Shown here: piece after piece, positions 18,474 through 28,057 of the stretch | How positions within the stretch are numbered: position 1 is the stretch's first letter | How the letters are laid out: each line of letters opens with the position of its first letter | Origin: Candidatus Bathyarchaeia archaeon | Lineage (GTDB): Archaea > Thermoproteota > Bathyarchaeia > 40CM-2-53-6 | Reading direction: 5' to 3' | DNA: 64,000 nt | Assembly: GCA_049517415.1 (NCBI GenBank) | Contig: JBEKSC010000003.1 | Span: forward strand, 64,001-128,000 | Made by a program: the position numbers and the translations under genes | Notes under the pieces: generated by a model | Databases searched by the model: none | What the model saw: only the letters and a program-made list of their open reading frames with translations | What the model was told of the DNA's origin: nothing

Positions 18474-19409
18474 TTGAAGAAAGATGCATCAGAAAAAGAA
18501 TACGACCTGTTGATCATCGGCGGCGGACCAGCGGGCCTAACGGCTGCGGCTTACGCAGTCAGAAAAAGAATCGAAGCGATGCTGATCAGCGAAGACCTTG
18601 GCGGGAAGACTAACTACAAGTTCTCCTTGCCTGACGTTGAAACGAACCTCGTCATAGACGGTGAAGAGCTGGTTGGCAAGTTCAAGAGTCAGATAGAGTA
18701 CCTGGACTTTACACGTTACCTTGACGAAGTCACGAAACTAGAGCGAAAAGAAAACAAGTTCGTTGCAACCACGAGAGGCGGGAAGGCATTCAAAGGGAAA
18801 TCTGTCATAATCGCGATAGGCGTAATGCCAAAGCGGCTCAACGTTCCCGGCGAAAAAGACTTCCTAGGTCGAGGGGTTAGCTACTCTGCCGTCAGCCACG
18901 CACCACTATTCATCGACATGGAAGTTGCCGTCGTTGGCGACGGACTGCCAGCTCTTCAAGCCACAGCTGAACTAGCACAAATAGCCAAGAAGGTCAACGT
19001 GGTCGGCCTCCCAGCAAAGTATTTGGACACAGAACTCGGAAAGATGCTAAAGAATTCAGGAAGAGTGCAATTCTTCACCGACTACGAGGCGAGGGAAATT
19101 CGTGGCAGCTCATCCGTAGAGAGCCTGCTGGTACGTTCCAAAGTTGACAAGACGGAGAAAGTAATCGCTGTTAGGGGTGTGTTCGTCGAGTTGGGATACG
19201 TTCCTAACAAAGAGCTGTTCTCAAAACTGGTGAAGACAACTGCGGAAGGAAGGATCATGATAACCGAGAACAACCAAACTAGCATACCAGGTCTTTTCGC
19301 AGCAGGAGACGTAACTGATGTAAACGCGCAACAAGTTGTCATAGCGATCGGGGAAGGAGCGAACGCCGCGCTTAGCGCCTACAATTACCTTCTCAGCCTA
19401 AAACGATAA
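18474..19409 (+). CDS. Thioredoxin reductase-like flavoprotein lacking the CxxC
   Basis: IIGGGPAGL and TSIPGLFAAGD motifs; GRGVSYSAVSH stands where GVSYCATCD is expected. Confidence 0.85.
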   Translation: MKKDASEKEYDLLIIGGGPAGLTAAAYAVRKRIEAMLISEDLGGKTNYKFSLPDVETNLVIDGEELVGKFKSQIEYLDFTRYLDEVTKLERKENKFVATTRGGKAFKGKSVIIAIGVMPKRLNVPGEKDFLGRGVSYSAVSHAPLFIDMEVAVVGDGLPALQATAELAQIAKKVNVVGLPAKYLDTELGKMLKNSGRVQFFTDYEAREIRGSSSVESLLVRSKVDKTEKVIAVRGVFVELGYVPNKELFSKLVKTTAEGRIMITENNQTSIPGLFAAGDVTDVNAQQVVIAIGEGANAALSAYNYLLSLKR

Positions 19410-19601
19410 GGCCGTATTTTGAGACCTGCTCCGCTTGGTTGAAAAGTGGAGCAATCTCCTTTTCTTATTTTCTCTCCAACCCAAATTTACACTTAGAAAC
19501 TGCTAAGCGTAAGGTGAAGGTGCAAGTTCTAGGCAGCCAACCCGTGATAGACCCTGTCTCAATTGAACAGGTCGCGTAGGTGCTAGACCAGGCTGGAAGC
19601 C

Positions 19602-21011
19602 TTAAGATAGCCAGTCGCTGTGGAAGTGCCCTGACTTATCGATTCTTTCGTAGCCGTGTGCTCCGAAAAGGTCCCGCAGCGCCTGAATGAGGTTGGCGGG
19701 TAATCTCTCGCTCCTGTAACCGTCATAGTAGTCCAACGAGGCATCTAGGGCGGGAGTCGGAATTCCAGAAATCTTCGCGGCCTTAATCGCATCGCGCCAT
19801 TTCTTGTCAAGCTTGATCAAAGTTTCAGCGAGGTCAGCGTTTAGCAGTAGGTTCTGTAGGTTTGGATTCGCCTGAAACGCACTTCTAATCGGATCTAGGA
19901 GTTTGGCGCGGATTATGCATCCTCCCTTCCATATACGTGCGACTTCTTCCAACGGGATCCGATACTCATATGCTTCCGAGGCAGCGCGCATCAAATGAAA
20001 TCCTTGAGCGTAGGCTACAATTATTGAGGCCCGAACGGCACCCTCCAGCCTGTCCGAGAGGTTCTTGGGTGGTAAATTTGGCGCAGTTTTTCTGCTTGTT
20101 GTCAATATTTGCGCGGCCTTAACGCGTTCATCCTTTAGTGCTGAAAGGTTTCTCGCTGTGACTGCGGCGTCAATTGTGGGGGTTGGGATCCCTAGGTCCA
20201 AGGCGTTTTGCGAAGTCCATTTTCCGGTTCCCTTTTGTTGTGCTCGGTCGAGGATTAGTGAGACTAGTGGGCGCTTGCTTTCGGCGTCATTTTTCTTGAG
20301 GGCTTGGGTTGCAATTTCCATTAGGAAGGAGTTGAGTTCGCCTTCGCTCCATTCCTTGAAAACGTTCCGTACTTGTTTGATGCTCAGGCGACCAGCTCTG
20401 GTTAGTAGGTCGTAGGCTTCAGCGATGGTTTGGATTATAGCGTATTCGATGCCATTGTGAATCATTTTTACGTAATGGCCTGCCCCTCTTGGGCCAAGGT
20501 ATTGGCAACATGGGCCATCCGCATGCGCTGCTATTCGACTTAACATCTCGCCAACATGTTCGTAACCTTCCTTTGGGCCCCCGACCATCACGCATGGGCC
20601 TCTGAGCGCGCCTTCTTCACCTCCACTTACACCTACTCCCAAGAAGTGAATTCCGTGCTTTCCTAATTCACCACATCTTCGTTCCGTGTCTTGAAAATGT
20701 GAATTTCCACCATCCATCAACACATCCCCACGGTTAAGCAAACTTGTCAGGCTGCTGATGGTCGCGTCGACCGCCGGACCAGCTGTCAACATCAGGAAAA
20801 CGCGCCGCGGTTGTGAGAGCGAGCCGATGAAATCTGGGAGAGTATAGGTTGAGCCGATTTCGGGGTGCTTGGCGGTGAAACTCCTGGTCTTCTCTTCGGT
20901 GCGGTTGAAGGCGGCGACCGAGTAACCGTGGTTATGAAAGTTCAGTGCTAGGTTTTGTCCCATTACGCCAAGGCCAATCAATCCTACGTCTTTGCCGCCC
21001 AACACTCTCAC
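19602..21011 (-). CDS. gndA: Decarboxylating NADP-dependent 6-phosphogluconate dehydrogenase, long form
   Basis: GLGVMG, FNRT, DGGN, GVSGGEEGA, VKMIHNGIEY, KGTGKWT, QALRDLFGAHGYER. Confidence 0.95.
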   Translation of the reverse strand: MRVLGGKDVGLIGLGVMGQNLALNFHNHGYSVAAFNRTEEKTRSFTAKHPEIGSTYTLPDFIGSLSQPRRVFLMLTAGPAVDATISSLTSLLNRGDVLMDGGNSHFQDTERRCGELGKHGIHFLGVGVSGGEEGALRGPCVMVGGPKEGYEHVGEMLSRIAAHADGPCCQYLGPRGAGHYVKMIHNGIEYAIIQTIAEAYDLLTRAGRLSIKQVRNVFKEWSEGELNSFLMEIATQALKKNDAESKRPLVSLILDRAQQKGTGKWTSQNALDLGIPTPTIDAAVTARNLSALKDERVKAAQILTTSRKTAPNLPPKNLSDRLEGAVRASIIVAYAQGFHLMRAASEAYEYRIPLEEVARIWKGGCIIRAKLLDPIRSAFQANPNLQNLLLNADLAETLIKLDKKWRDAIKAAKISGIPTPALDASLDYYDGYRSERLPANLIQALRDLFGAHGYERIDKSGHFHSDWLS

Positions 21012-21047
21012 CTCAAGCTGCCTTATGCGTTAGGCTTCAAAAAGAGT

Positions 21048-22217
21048 TCATCTTCGCTGCCTAGCTCGCTTACGGCGACGATGGGGCCGGCGCCTTGCCG
21101 GTTTGTTAGGTCTTCTGCGTACCATGAGGTAAGCTAAGGCAAAGATGATTAGGATTCCTGTCAAGATGAGTAATGGTTCAGAATAATCTGCCTGCCAAAC
21201 TGCAGTGAGCGTATGGGGTCTGTTCATGGATATGGTTCCCGTGGTGGAGCTTGTGAGTAGTTGGCCGTTCTCGTCCCAGCCTTGAAACTTCATCTTGCCT
21301 CCCAAGCTTCCGAGTAGGCCGGGTATGGGTTCGGTCTGTGCGACTGAGAACGTTGCTGTTTCTGCTTCGTTGTACCATCCTGCCCCTGTAGAAATTGCCT
21401 GGGGGCCTGCTAATGTGAGTAAGTTCTGCGTCACGTAGGCAATGGTAATGTTCGTGTCGCTAATTATGAAAACGGTTCTATTCGTGTCAGTCGACCCGTC
21501 AGGCCAATGGTCGAACATCAACCTGGTTGTTGGGCCGACTTGGACGAGAGCGGGTACTGAAATGTTGTGCTTGCCCAATGTAACTCCGACCACGGCTGGG
21601 CCAGGGGGTTCTTGCACTCCATCAACGGAAATAGCTACGGAGGCTGGAACCGTTACCTTCAACGCTAGGGGCGTCAGCTGGATACCGAAGAGAACGGTAC
21701 TCGTTGTTTTCGGGATTAGATTGTGAGCGGGATCGAAGAGCGCCGTTGTCATGTTCAAATCCCATGTTCCAGGTCCGTGTTTCCCGCCAAGGATTCCACC
21801 GATCTTGAAGTTCAAGTGTTCTGCACTCGTTGCCGTTTTGATACCGATAACGCAGAGCGCGGCGAGCACAGGTTGGTTTAGGCATGAGTCAGGCGAGGAG
21901 GTTACGATTCCGGGTGTAATTTCATGAGGAGTCGTGTCTTGGTCAATTATCCCGGTATACAGGTAATTCCCTGGGGTTGTATTATTGTAGTAGACAATTG
22001 CCGTGACTTCTATGGGACTTTGGCCGCCGGCAACCACGTGAATTGGTTGCACTAGTTCATAGATTCTTGTGCTTTGCGCGTAAACGTTGGGAAATGCAAG
22101 AACGAGAGAAGTTACGAACAAGCAGACTAGCATCGCATAAGCTTTTTTCAACTTGAGACCTACCGAACGAAGTTTTGTCGCAAGCACCGATTCCGGAAGA
22201 AAACCCTTGTGGTACAC
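21048..22217 (-). CDS. Cell-surface protein with signal peptide, C-terminal TM anchor and Arg-rich tail
   Basis: Hydrophobic leader ending VYAQ, a Thr-rich beta body, and TM + RRRPNKPARRRPHRRRKRARQRR. The start may be about 60 nt downstream. Confidence 0.75.
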   Translation of the reverse strand: MYHKGFLPESVLATKLRSVGLKLKKAYAMLVCLFVTSLVLAFPNVYAQSTRIYELVQPIHVVAGGQSPIEVTAIVYYNNTTPGNYLYTGIIDQDTTPHEITPGIVTSSPDSCLNQPVLAALCVIGIKTATSAEHLNFKIGGILGGKHGPGTWDLNMTTALFDPAHNLIPKTTSTVLFGIQLTPLALKVTVPASVAISVDGVQEPPGPAVVGVTLGKHNISVPALVQVGPTTRLMFDHWPDGSTDTNRTVFIISDTNITIAYVTQNLLTLAGPQAISTGAGWYNEAETATFSVAQTEPIPGLLGSLGGKMKFQGWDENGQLLTSSTTGTISMNRPHTLTAVWQADYSEPLLILTGILIIFALAYLMVRRRPNKPARRRPHRRRKRARQRR

Positions 22218-22284
22218 TTGTTCAGATTCCGGTTATCAGCCTCTTCGTGACCTTAGCTCAGGTCCTACGTGAACTACACAATCT

Positions 22285-22533
22285 TCAGGCAGCATGTTGA
22301 GGTTCTTTCGACTTTCCAGTTGTGGCTCCATAGAGCAATAAGAGAGCTCCTAAGAGGATCATGGGAGCTGCGAACAATAGGTTCGGGAAAATTACAACTC
22401 CTCGGCTCGTGTTCGGCAGGTTCACTATAAGTGGCATAGGTGCCGCAGCAAGAGCCGCCGCCACTACAGCGATCCCTAGTAAGATTCCGAGTCTAGTCAA
22501 ACTGCTCACCCATTGGATTATTAGTCCGCTCAC
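22285..22533 (-). CDS. Small 2-TM membrane protein
   Basis: Two hydrophobic helices; its start overlaps the stop of the upstream ORF. Confidence 0.65.
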   Translation of the reverse strand: MSGLIIQWVSSLTRLGILLGIAVVAAALAAAPMPLIVNLPNTSRGVVIFPNLLFAAPMILLGALLLLYGATTGKSKEPQHAA

Positions 22534-22943
22534 TAAGCGTAAGCGTACAACCCACCTAATTTCGCAACCAAAGTTTCAGAAACAACCACCTTGATAGGTC
22601 TTTGCTCTTTCGTGGAAATGTTCTCCGCCATGACCCTTGACAATTGCGCCCCAGGTGAACCGTACATCGAAGGCTCAAGGGTAGATTGCAAACCCTCCAA
22701 ATGAACCCTCTGAGTGGGGTAGAGCATTTTCATCTCATAATCGTACCCCGTCAGCTCATCTTTGAAAACCGCACGGCTGCCCTCCGCGCCAGCTCCTTCA
22801 ACAATTACATAACGGACCAGAAAGATTCGCTGGGGGTAATTTCCTGGGTCACGGTCGGCGAGGAGAAGTGACTCCACTCCCCGCTCGTCAACGAACAAAC
22901 ACTTGTGGAAGGTCCCGGATATGCGGTAGACCAACGGCTCCAT
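22533..22943 (-). CDS. Hypothetical protein
   Basis: 136-aa ATG ORF coupled to the downstream ORF. Confidence 0.65.
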   Translation of the reverse strand: MEPLVYRISGTFHKCLFVDERGVESLLLADRDPGNYPQRIFLVRYVIVEGAGAEGSRAVFKDELTGYDYEMKMLYPTQRVHLEGLQSTLEPSMYGSPGAQLSRVMAENISTKEQRPIKVVVSETLVAKLGGLYAYA

Positions 22944-23333
22944 GCAAATTAACCCCTTTGCTTCAGCGGAGAGTTTTCATTGGTCAGTTGAGGGCGATAA
23001 AGTGTAAGCATGAGATTGCAACTTTGATCGGCGAGATGCTTACCATTGATGTCAAGGTTTGAAAAAGAAGGCCAACGCCTAATCTGTGACAAATGCGGTT
23101 TTGAAACAAACAATCAAGAGATCTTTTCCTTACACAAAAAGAACTGCCCTCGCATCTAAAACCCCTAGCTTAATCTTCAGGAAGTATTATCGACACAGTC
23201 AGGGGCGTAGTAGTCACCTCTTACGCCTCCAGTTTCTTCTTGAAAAGAGTCCTCTCACTGAATTCTTAGGGTTCCTGAGGGCTTCGGGATGACTTTAATT
23301 CTAAAGACCCCAGGCCTGTGATGGGCTAGTAAC

Positions 23334-23594
23334 ATGGGGATCCAGATGGAGGGTTTCTTATTCAACGATTACTGCTTCCAATGCCAGAGAACAACCGAAC
23401 ACAAAATCCTACTCGGAGGCAAGGAACTTTTCGGCGCCTGTTCTTCTTGCGGGGAAAAGCGCGCATTAACTGAGGTAAAGCAGGTCCATTACCAGAAAAC
23501 GGACTTCTGGGTTACCCGATTCAAGATGGGAAATCTCCCCAGCGTTGTTGCAGGCAAGCTTGTGGACGCCGTCCGCCGTACAAGGCAAACGTAA
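23334..23594 (+). CDS. Small zinc-ribbon protein
   Basis: CFQC...H...CSSCG. Confidence 0.7.
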   Translation: MGIQMEGFLFNDYCFQCQRTTEHKILLGGKELFGACSSCGEKRALTEVKQVHYQKTDFWVTRFKMGNLPSVVAGKLVDAVRRTRQT

Positions 23595-23991
23595 GGGCAC
23601 GAAATCGCCGCTCGTCCCTGTCCGTTCAGATTTTTCGACTACGCCCCAGCGTACGTTCCATGAAAAGCTGTTGAAAAGTTTCGACAATTGCCATCAGCTC
23701 GTCACAGTACGCACAGGAAAAGTTTCATCGTAATTTCTTGCTGCACGAATCTTGTATGGAAAATTGAAAATCCTGAATCACAAGATCAGATGCGCAAGAA
23801 ACTGATTAGGGATTCGTTGTAACATTTTGGGTTTGCGCGGGAATGGAAACCTAAATTCGTGATGCCGCGGAAAATTTTGGTGAAGAATTTTTTCGCGCGG
23901 CCTTCGATTCTGATGGGGCAAGGCTTATATCCAAATTATTTAACTGTAGATCAAAGTCGGGAATTCTTCGGGAGGGTCTTGAGTACAAAAA

Positions 23992-24399
23992 TTGTCCGCT
24001 AGACCTTATGCTTACAGGCAAATTGTAGCAACGCTTTACGGATGCCGCTCAGACCTTCTCGACGACAAGCTTCTCCTGAATACAACTTTGAAAGCGGTCC
24101 GCAATGCGAACATGGAACTCGCGAAAACGAAAACCACGAACCCGCTCGTCTACAGAGTTACCGACGACATCATGGGCGGTGGTGTGAGCGTGAACGCTAT
24201 CATTACAACAAGCCACCTCACAGTTCACACGTCAAGAATGTACGCGACGGTGGAGTTCGATTGCGCAACTTGCGGCTGTGATAGTAATCCATGGGCAGCG
24301 CTCGAGACCTTCAAACGAGCCTTAAGGCCTACGCACGTTACCATGCAATATCAGCATGGTGAACAGCCACTGCTGACAGTCCCAGCCATCAAAGCTTAA
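23992..24399 (+). CDS. Divergent S-adenosylmethionine decarboxylase family (class 1B) proenzyme
   Basis: LYGC, GGVS..AIITTSHLTVHT and D..TCG align with the family pattern GVS....ESH..IHT...D.FTCG. Confidence 0.75.
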   Translation: MSARPYAYRQIVATLYGCRSDLLDDKLLLNTTLKAVRNANMELAKTKTTNPLVYRVTDDIMGGGVSVNAIITTSHLTVHTSRMYATVEFDCATCGCDSNPWAALETFKRALRPTHVTMQYQHGEQPLLTVPAIKA

Positions 24400-24417
24400 G
24401 CGAACAGGCCGTAAGGT

Positions 24418-24813
24418 TTACTGCGATTCTTCATTTGGACTATTATCACTAGCGAGCTCCAGTTTTCTAACGGAGTTGCCAATCTCGTCCAACAGAGGTT
24501 GTTCCACTTCTGGGTCGAGACTCAAAACGACGAGGTGAGCTGCTGTTCGGTAGAAGACCAAGGTCACCTTTTCGTATCGCAAAGTGACACGTCTAATTGG
24601 GCCGCAGAATGGCCGTAGTTTCTCGGCAGCATCCATGATCAAGCTTGTAGCAATCGTCATGAAGTCGCGGTCAGTTTGGGCGGGAGTTAACGAAGAAACT
24701 CCTCCCCGCATTCTCGATTCTAGGAGGTCATACTGGTGGTTTAGGATAGCGATGTATCTGATGCGTTTGTCTAGTTTGAAGATGTTCTCAGTAATTTCTT
24801 TGTTGTCGATCAA
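24418..24813 (-). CDS. Roadblock/profilin-like small protein (DUF6659-like)
   Basis: IRYIAILN, MRGGVSSL, G.I....LRYEKVTLVFY pattern. TTG 24813 follows GGGAG. Confidence 0.65.
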   Translation of the reverse strand: MIDNKEITENIFKLDKRIRYIAILNHQYDLLESRMRGGVSSLTPAQTDRDFMTIATSLIMDAAEKLRPFCGPIRRVTLRYEKVTLVFYRTAAHLVVLSLDPEVEQPLLDEIGNSVRKLELASDNSPNEESQ

Positions 24814-24927
24814 TGTCTCCCAGCGTCTACCCGCTATCGGCAGAGATATATGGGCTTGCAAGTCGGGGATTTTGATGTAAGACTTAATTCAGGCCTACTC
24901 CGGTAAGCGTTCGGCGGTGTTTAACCC

Positions 24928-25446
24928 TTGCTTGACTCGACCAAGATACGACGCGAAATATCGAGATTGTACGATAAAGACCCTCAAGGTTGGAGAGTCT
25001 TGGTCGGTAAGGACAAAACTGGATTCTACGACGTACTGATCTCGCATGGCACGCAGGCTTGGCAGGTAAAAGAGTACCAAGTTAACCCCTACAAGTTCGT
25101 GGGGCTAGGTTCTAGGCTCCCAAACTCGACTCCTGGGCCCTTGATTTCTAACGATAACCCCTTCGGTTTTAGGCCCGTAGGGGTCGAACAAATGAAGGAA
25201 CTCGCAACTGTGATAGATGACCCGAGGGCGGTGAGTGACCTAGCAGCCAAGCTTCTCGCTGAAAAACCAGTTAGTTCCACTGAAGCGTTAGAGAGCCCGG
25301 GGGTTCTGCACGGTCCGATCCTGCATTCTACTAGACCGATTGAGGCCCTCTCCTCTTCTCATACGAAGCTGGACGAGAAACTGAGAAGGGAGTTGCAACG
25401 GATCGTCAATAGAGAATTCAGGCACACAATTGCGCCATACATTTGA
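24928..25446 (+). CDS. Conserved-looking archaeal hypothetical protein
   Basis: 172-aa ORF (DPQGWR, KEYQVNPY..VG.G) with an upstream GGCGGTG. Confidence 0.7.
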   Translation: MLDSTKIRREISRLYDKDPQGWRVLVGKDKTGFYDVLISHGTQAWQVKEYQVNPYKFVGLGSRLPNSTPGPLISNDNPFGFRPVGVEQMKELATVIDDPRAVSDLAAKLLAEKPVSSTEALESPGVLHGPILHSTRPIEALSSSHTKLDEKLRRELQRIVNREFRHTIAPYI

Positions 25447-25643
25447 ATGGAAAGCTCGGAGTCTTCGGGGGGCACGTTCAAAGCCAACGCGCCGGTGGGC
25501 TATATCTCGCGTGGAGACTTGATAAAGGCCCAAAGAGACAAAATCGTTGATGACACGATCGTCGAGAAAGGCGCTTGGGCGCGCTTAATGCGGAAATAAC
25601 CTTGTTGCATCCTGGTGTGTAGAGTATGTCAGGGGTATGAGTT

Positions 25644-26830
25644 GTGAAGATAACCAACGTTGACATTTTCCAACTTGGTGAATCCGCTGCGACCGGCAGC
25701 GCAACATGGGCTGCTAACTCCATTATCATTAAGCTAACGACCTCGAATGGCCTTGTTGGCTACGGCGAGGCTGTGCCTACGTTGAGAGTTCAACCAGTGA
25801 TACAGTCTCTTCGTGAAGTTGCTCGAATCTACATCGGCACTGATCCTTGTGACGTTGAGCGTAGTTGGCGTGAGTGGTACAAGCATGACTTCTACCTGCC
25901 TGTGTCCTTCGAGTCGACAACCGCGGTTAGCGCATTCGACATTGCCTGCTGGGACATAATCGGAAAACAATTCGGCGCACCCCTACACAAACTGATAGGG
26001 GGGGGTCGACGAGAACGAAGGTACGCCTCTACTCAAACGGATGGTACGACAACTGCGTGATGCCAAGCCAATTTGCGGAACGCGCGAAGAAGTTTGCTGG
26101 AATGGGTTACACCGGCCTGAAGTTCGATCCCTTCGGCAATTACTATGACTGGATTGATGCGAAAGGGTTGAGCTTAGCATACGAACGGGTTAAGGCCGTA
26201 CGGGATGCCACTGGTGGGAAAGTGGACTTGCTCATAGAGCATCACGGAAGATTCAACCCCAACTCCGCCATCATGATCGCTAAGAAACTCGGTGAATTTG
26301 ACCCTCTCTTCATGGAGGAACCCGTTCACCCAGAGAACATAGACGGCCTGAGAAAGTACAGAGAGGCAACCGATGTTAGAGTTGCCCTCGGTGAGAGAAT
26401 ATTAACCAAAGAGCAAGCGGCCAATATTCTATCGAACAACCTTACAGATTTACTTCAACCCGACATAACAAACATAGGTGGAGTAACTCAGGCGTTGAAG
26501 GTTGTGGCCATCGCTGAGGCATACGGAGTGGAGATTGCATTCCACAACGCCTTCGGCCCTATTCAAAACGCGGTAACCGTTCAATTAGACGTGGCCATAC
26601 CTAACTTCCTGATTCAAGAATCCTTCTATGATGTTTTTCCATCTTGGAAACGGCAATTGGTTAGGGATCAGTCAAGGGTTGAGAACGGCTACGCCGCTGT
26701 GCCAACAAAACCTGGTCTAGGTGTTGAAGTAGACGAGAAAGTTCTAGAGGATCATAAGGTGGAAGGCCAAGAATACTTCAACCCAGACGAACCCGTCTGG
26801 GTGGTGAAGAACACATGGGAGACTCCGTAA
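25644..26830 (+). pseudogene. gad: Gluconate/galactonate dehydratase (enolase superfamily, archaeal Gad-type), frameshifted at a G8 run
   Basis: [23 protein letters not shown] in ORF1; KFDPF, IEHHGRF, EEP, GER, QPD, HNAFG, EPVWVV in ORF2. The halves join at G8 25998-26005. Confidence 0.85.
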
Positions 26831-26899
26831 GAGAGCAGATACTGCGTCCAAACTGGGAGAAAGAACGGGTTAAGTTATTGGGAATAGGCGGGATATTTC

Positions 26900-27904
26900 G
26901 TGGGGATTCGATTCGGGTATAGGGCAGAAGCTGAAGGTCATCAACCGGACGAACTTTTGAAGTTCGCCGTCCTTGCTCAAAGCTACGGGTTCGACTTCGT
27001 TCCAATAAGCGACCATTTCCATCCGTGGTTTCACACTAACGCCGCTTGCCCATTTGCATGGTCATGGATGTCCGCTGCTGCTGCCACGATCCCTAAGATC
27101 AGACTTGGAACAATAGTCACCGCGCCGATTGGCAGATACCACCCTGCCGTAATTGCTCAAGCCTTCGCAACAATGGACGCCATGTTCCCGAACAGAATGT
27201 TCCTTGCGCTGGGGACTGGGGAAGCCATGAATGACTCTCCGCTCGGCTACCCCTGGCCGAAATTTTCGGAAAGACTGGAGCGGTTCAAGGAATCTCTGGA
27301 GATCATTCGCAGCCTCTGGGCATCTGATTTCGTAAACTATTCGGGCGAGTACTATACGCTTAAGGACGCGAAACTTTACACGAAACCAAAAGGCCGAATA
27401 CCAATCTATGTTGCGGCCAACGGCCCACATGCCGCTAGCCTAGTCGGAAAGTACGCGGATGGATATGCAACGGTCGACCCACTAATGGGCAACATCAAGA
27501 ACCTCTGGCCGATAATTGACGGGGCGGCAAATGAAGTCGGAAGGGACGCAAGCCAGCTTACCAAAAACGTCGAGCTCTTCTTCTCATATTCTCAGAACTA
27601 TGACGAAGCCCTAGCCTCCGCGAGGAAATGGAAATCTGCCTTGATACCAAACATACTGAACCTACCCATCCATGACCCCAGAGAACTTGAAAGGCAGGGG
27701 AACCAAATTTCAGACGACGAACTCGCAAAAGTGTGGACCGTCACAACTGAAGCTGAACCAATAATCAAGAAAGCCGAGGAAGCCATATCGTTGGGATACA
27801 ATGAAATCCAACTCCACAGTGCAAGTCCCTCCGAAGAGAATTTTCTGCAGATGTGCAACAGAGATGTTCTACCTCAACTCAAACAAGACTTCAGTTCAAC
27901 TTAG
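26900..27904 (+). CDS. F420-dependent LLM oxidoreductase, G6PDH-like family (TIGR03557-like)
   Basis: SDHFHPW, RYHPAVIAQAFAT, GTGEAMN, AKLYTKP. Confidence 0.85.
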   Translation: MGIRFGYRAEAEGHQPDELLKFAVLAQSYGFDFVPISDHFHPWFHTNAACPFAWSWMSAAAATIPKIRLGTIVTAPIGRYHPAVIAQAFATMDAMFPNRMFLALGTGEAMNDSPLGYPWPKFSERLERFKESLEIIRSLWASDFVNYSGEYYTLKDAKLYTKPKGRIPIYVAANGPHAASLVGKYADGYATVDPLMGNIKNLWPIIDGAANEVGRDASQLTKNVELFFSYSQNYDEALASARKWKSALIPNILNLPIHDPRELERQGNQISDDELAKVWTVTTEAEPIIKKAEEAISLGYNEIQLHSASPSEENFLQMCNRDVLPQLKQDFSST

Positions 27905-28057
27905 CGCTTCGTTTCACACACTCCCGAATGGTCGATGCTCCAATGAGTTCATCGAAAACAACCATTAAGGCTCAGCACGAGCGTTTACGAGAACTGAATC
28001 AGCGAACCTAATTAGGGCCCCTTCTTGTTGCGTGCTCCAGAAAAATACTGATGCGCC

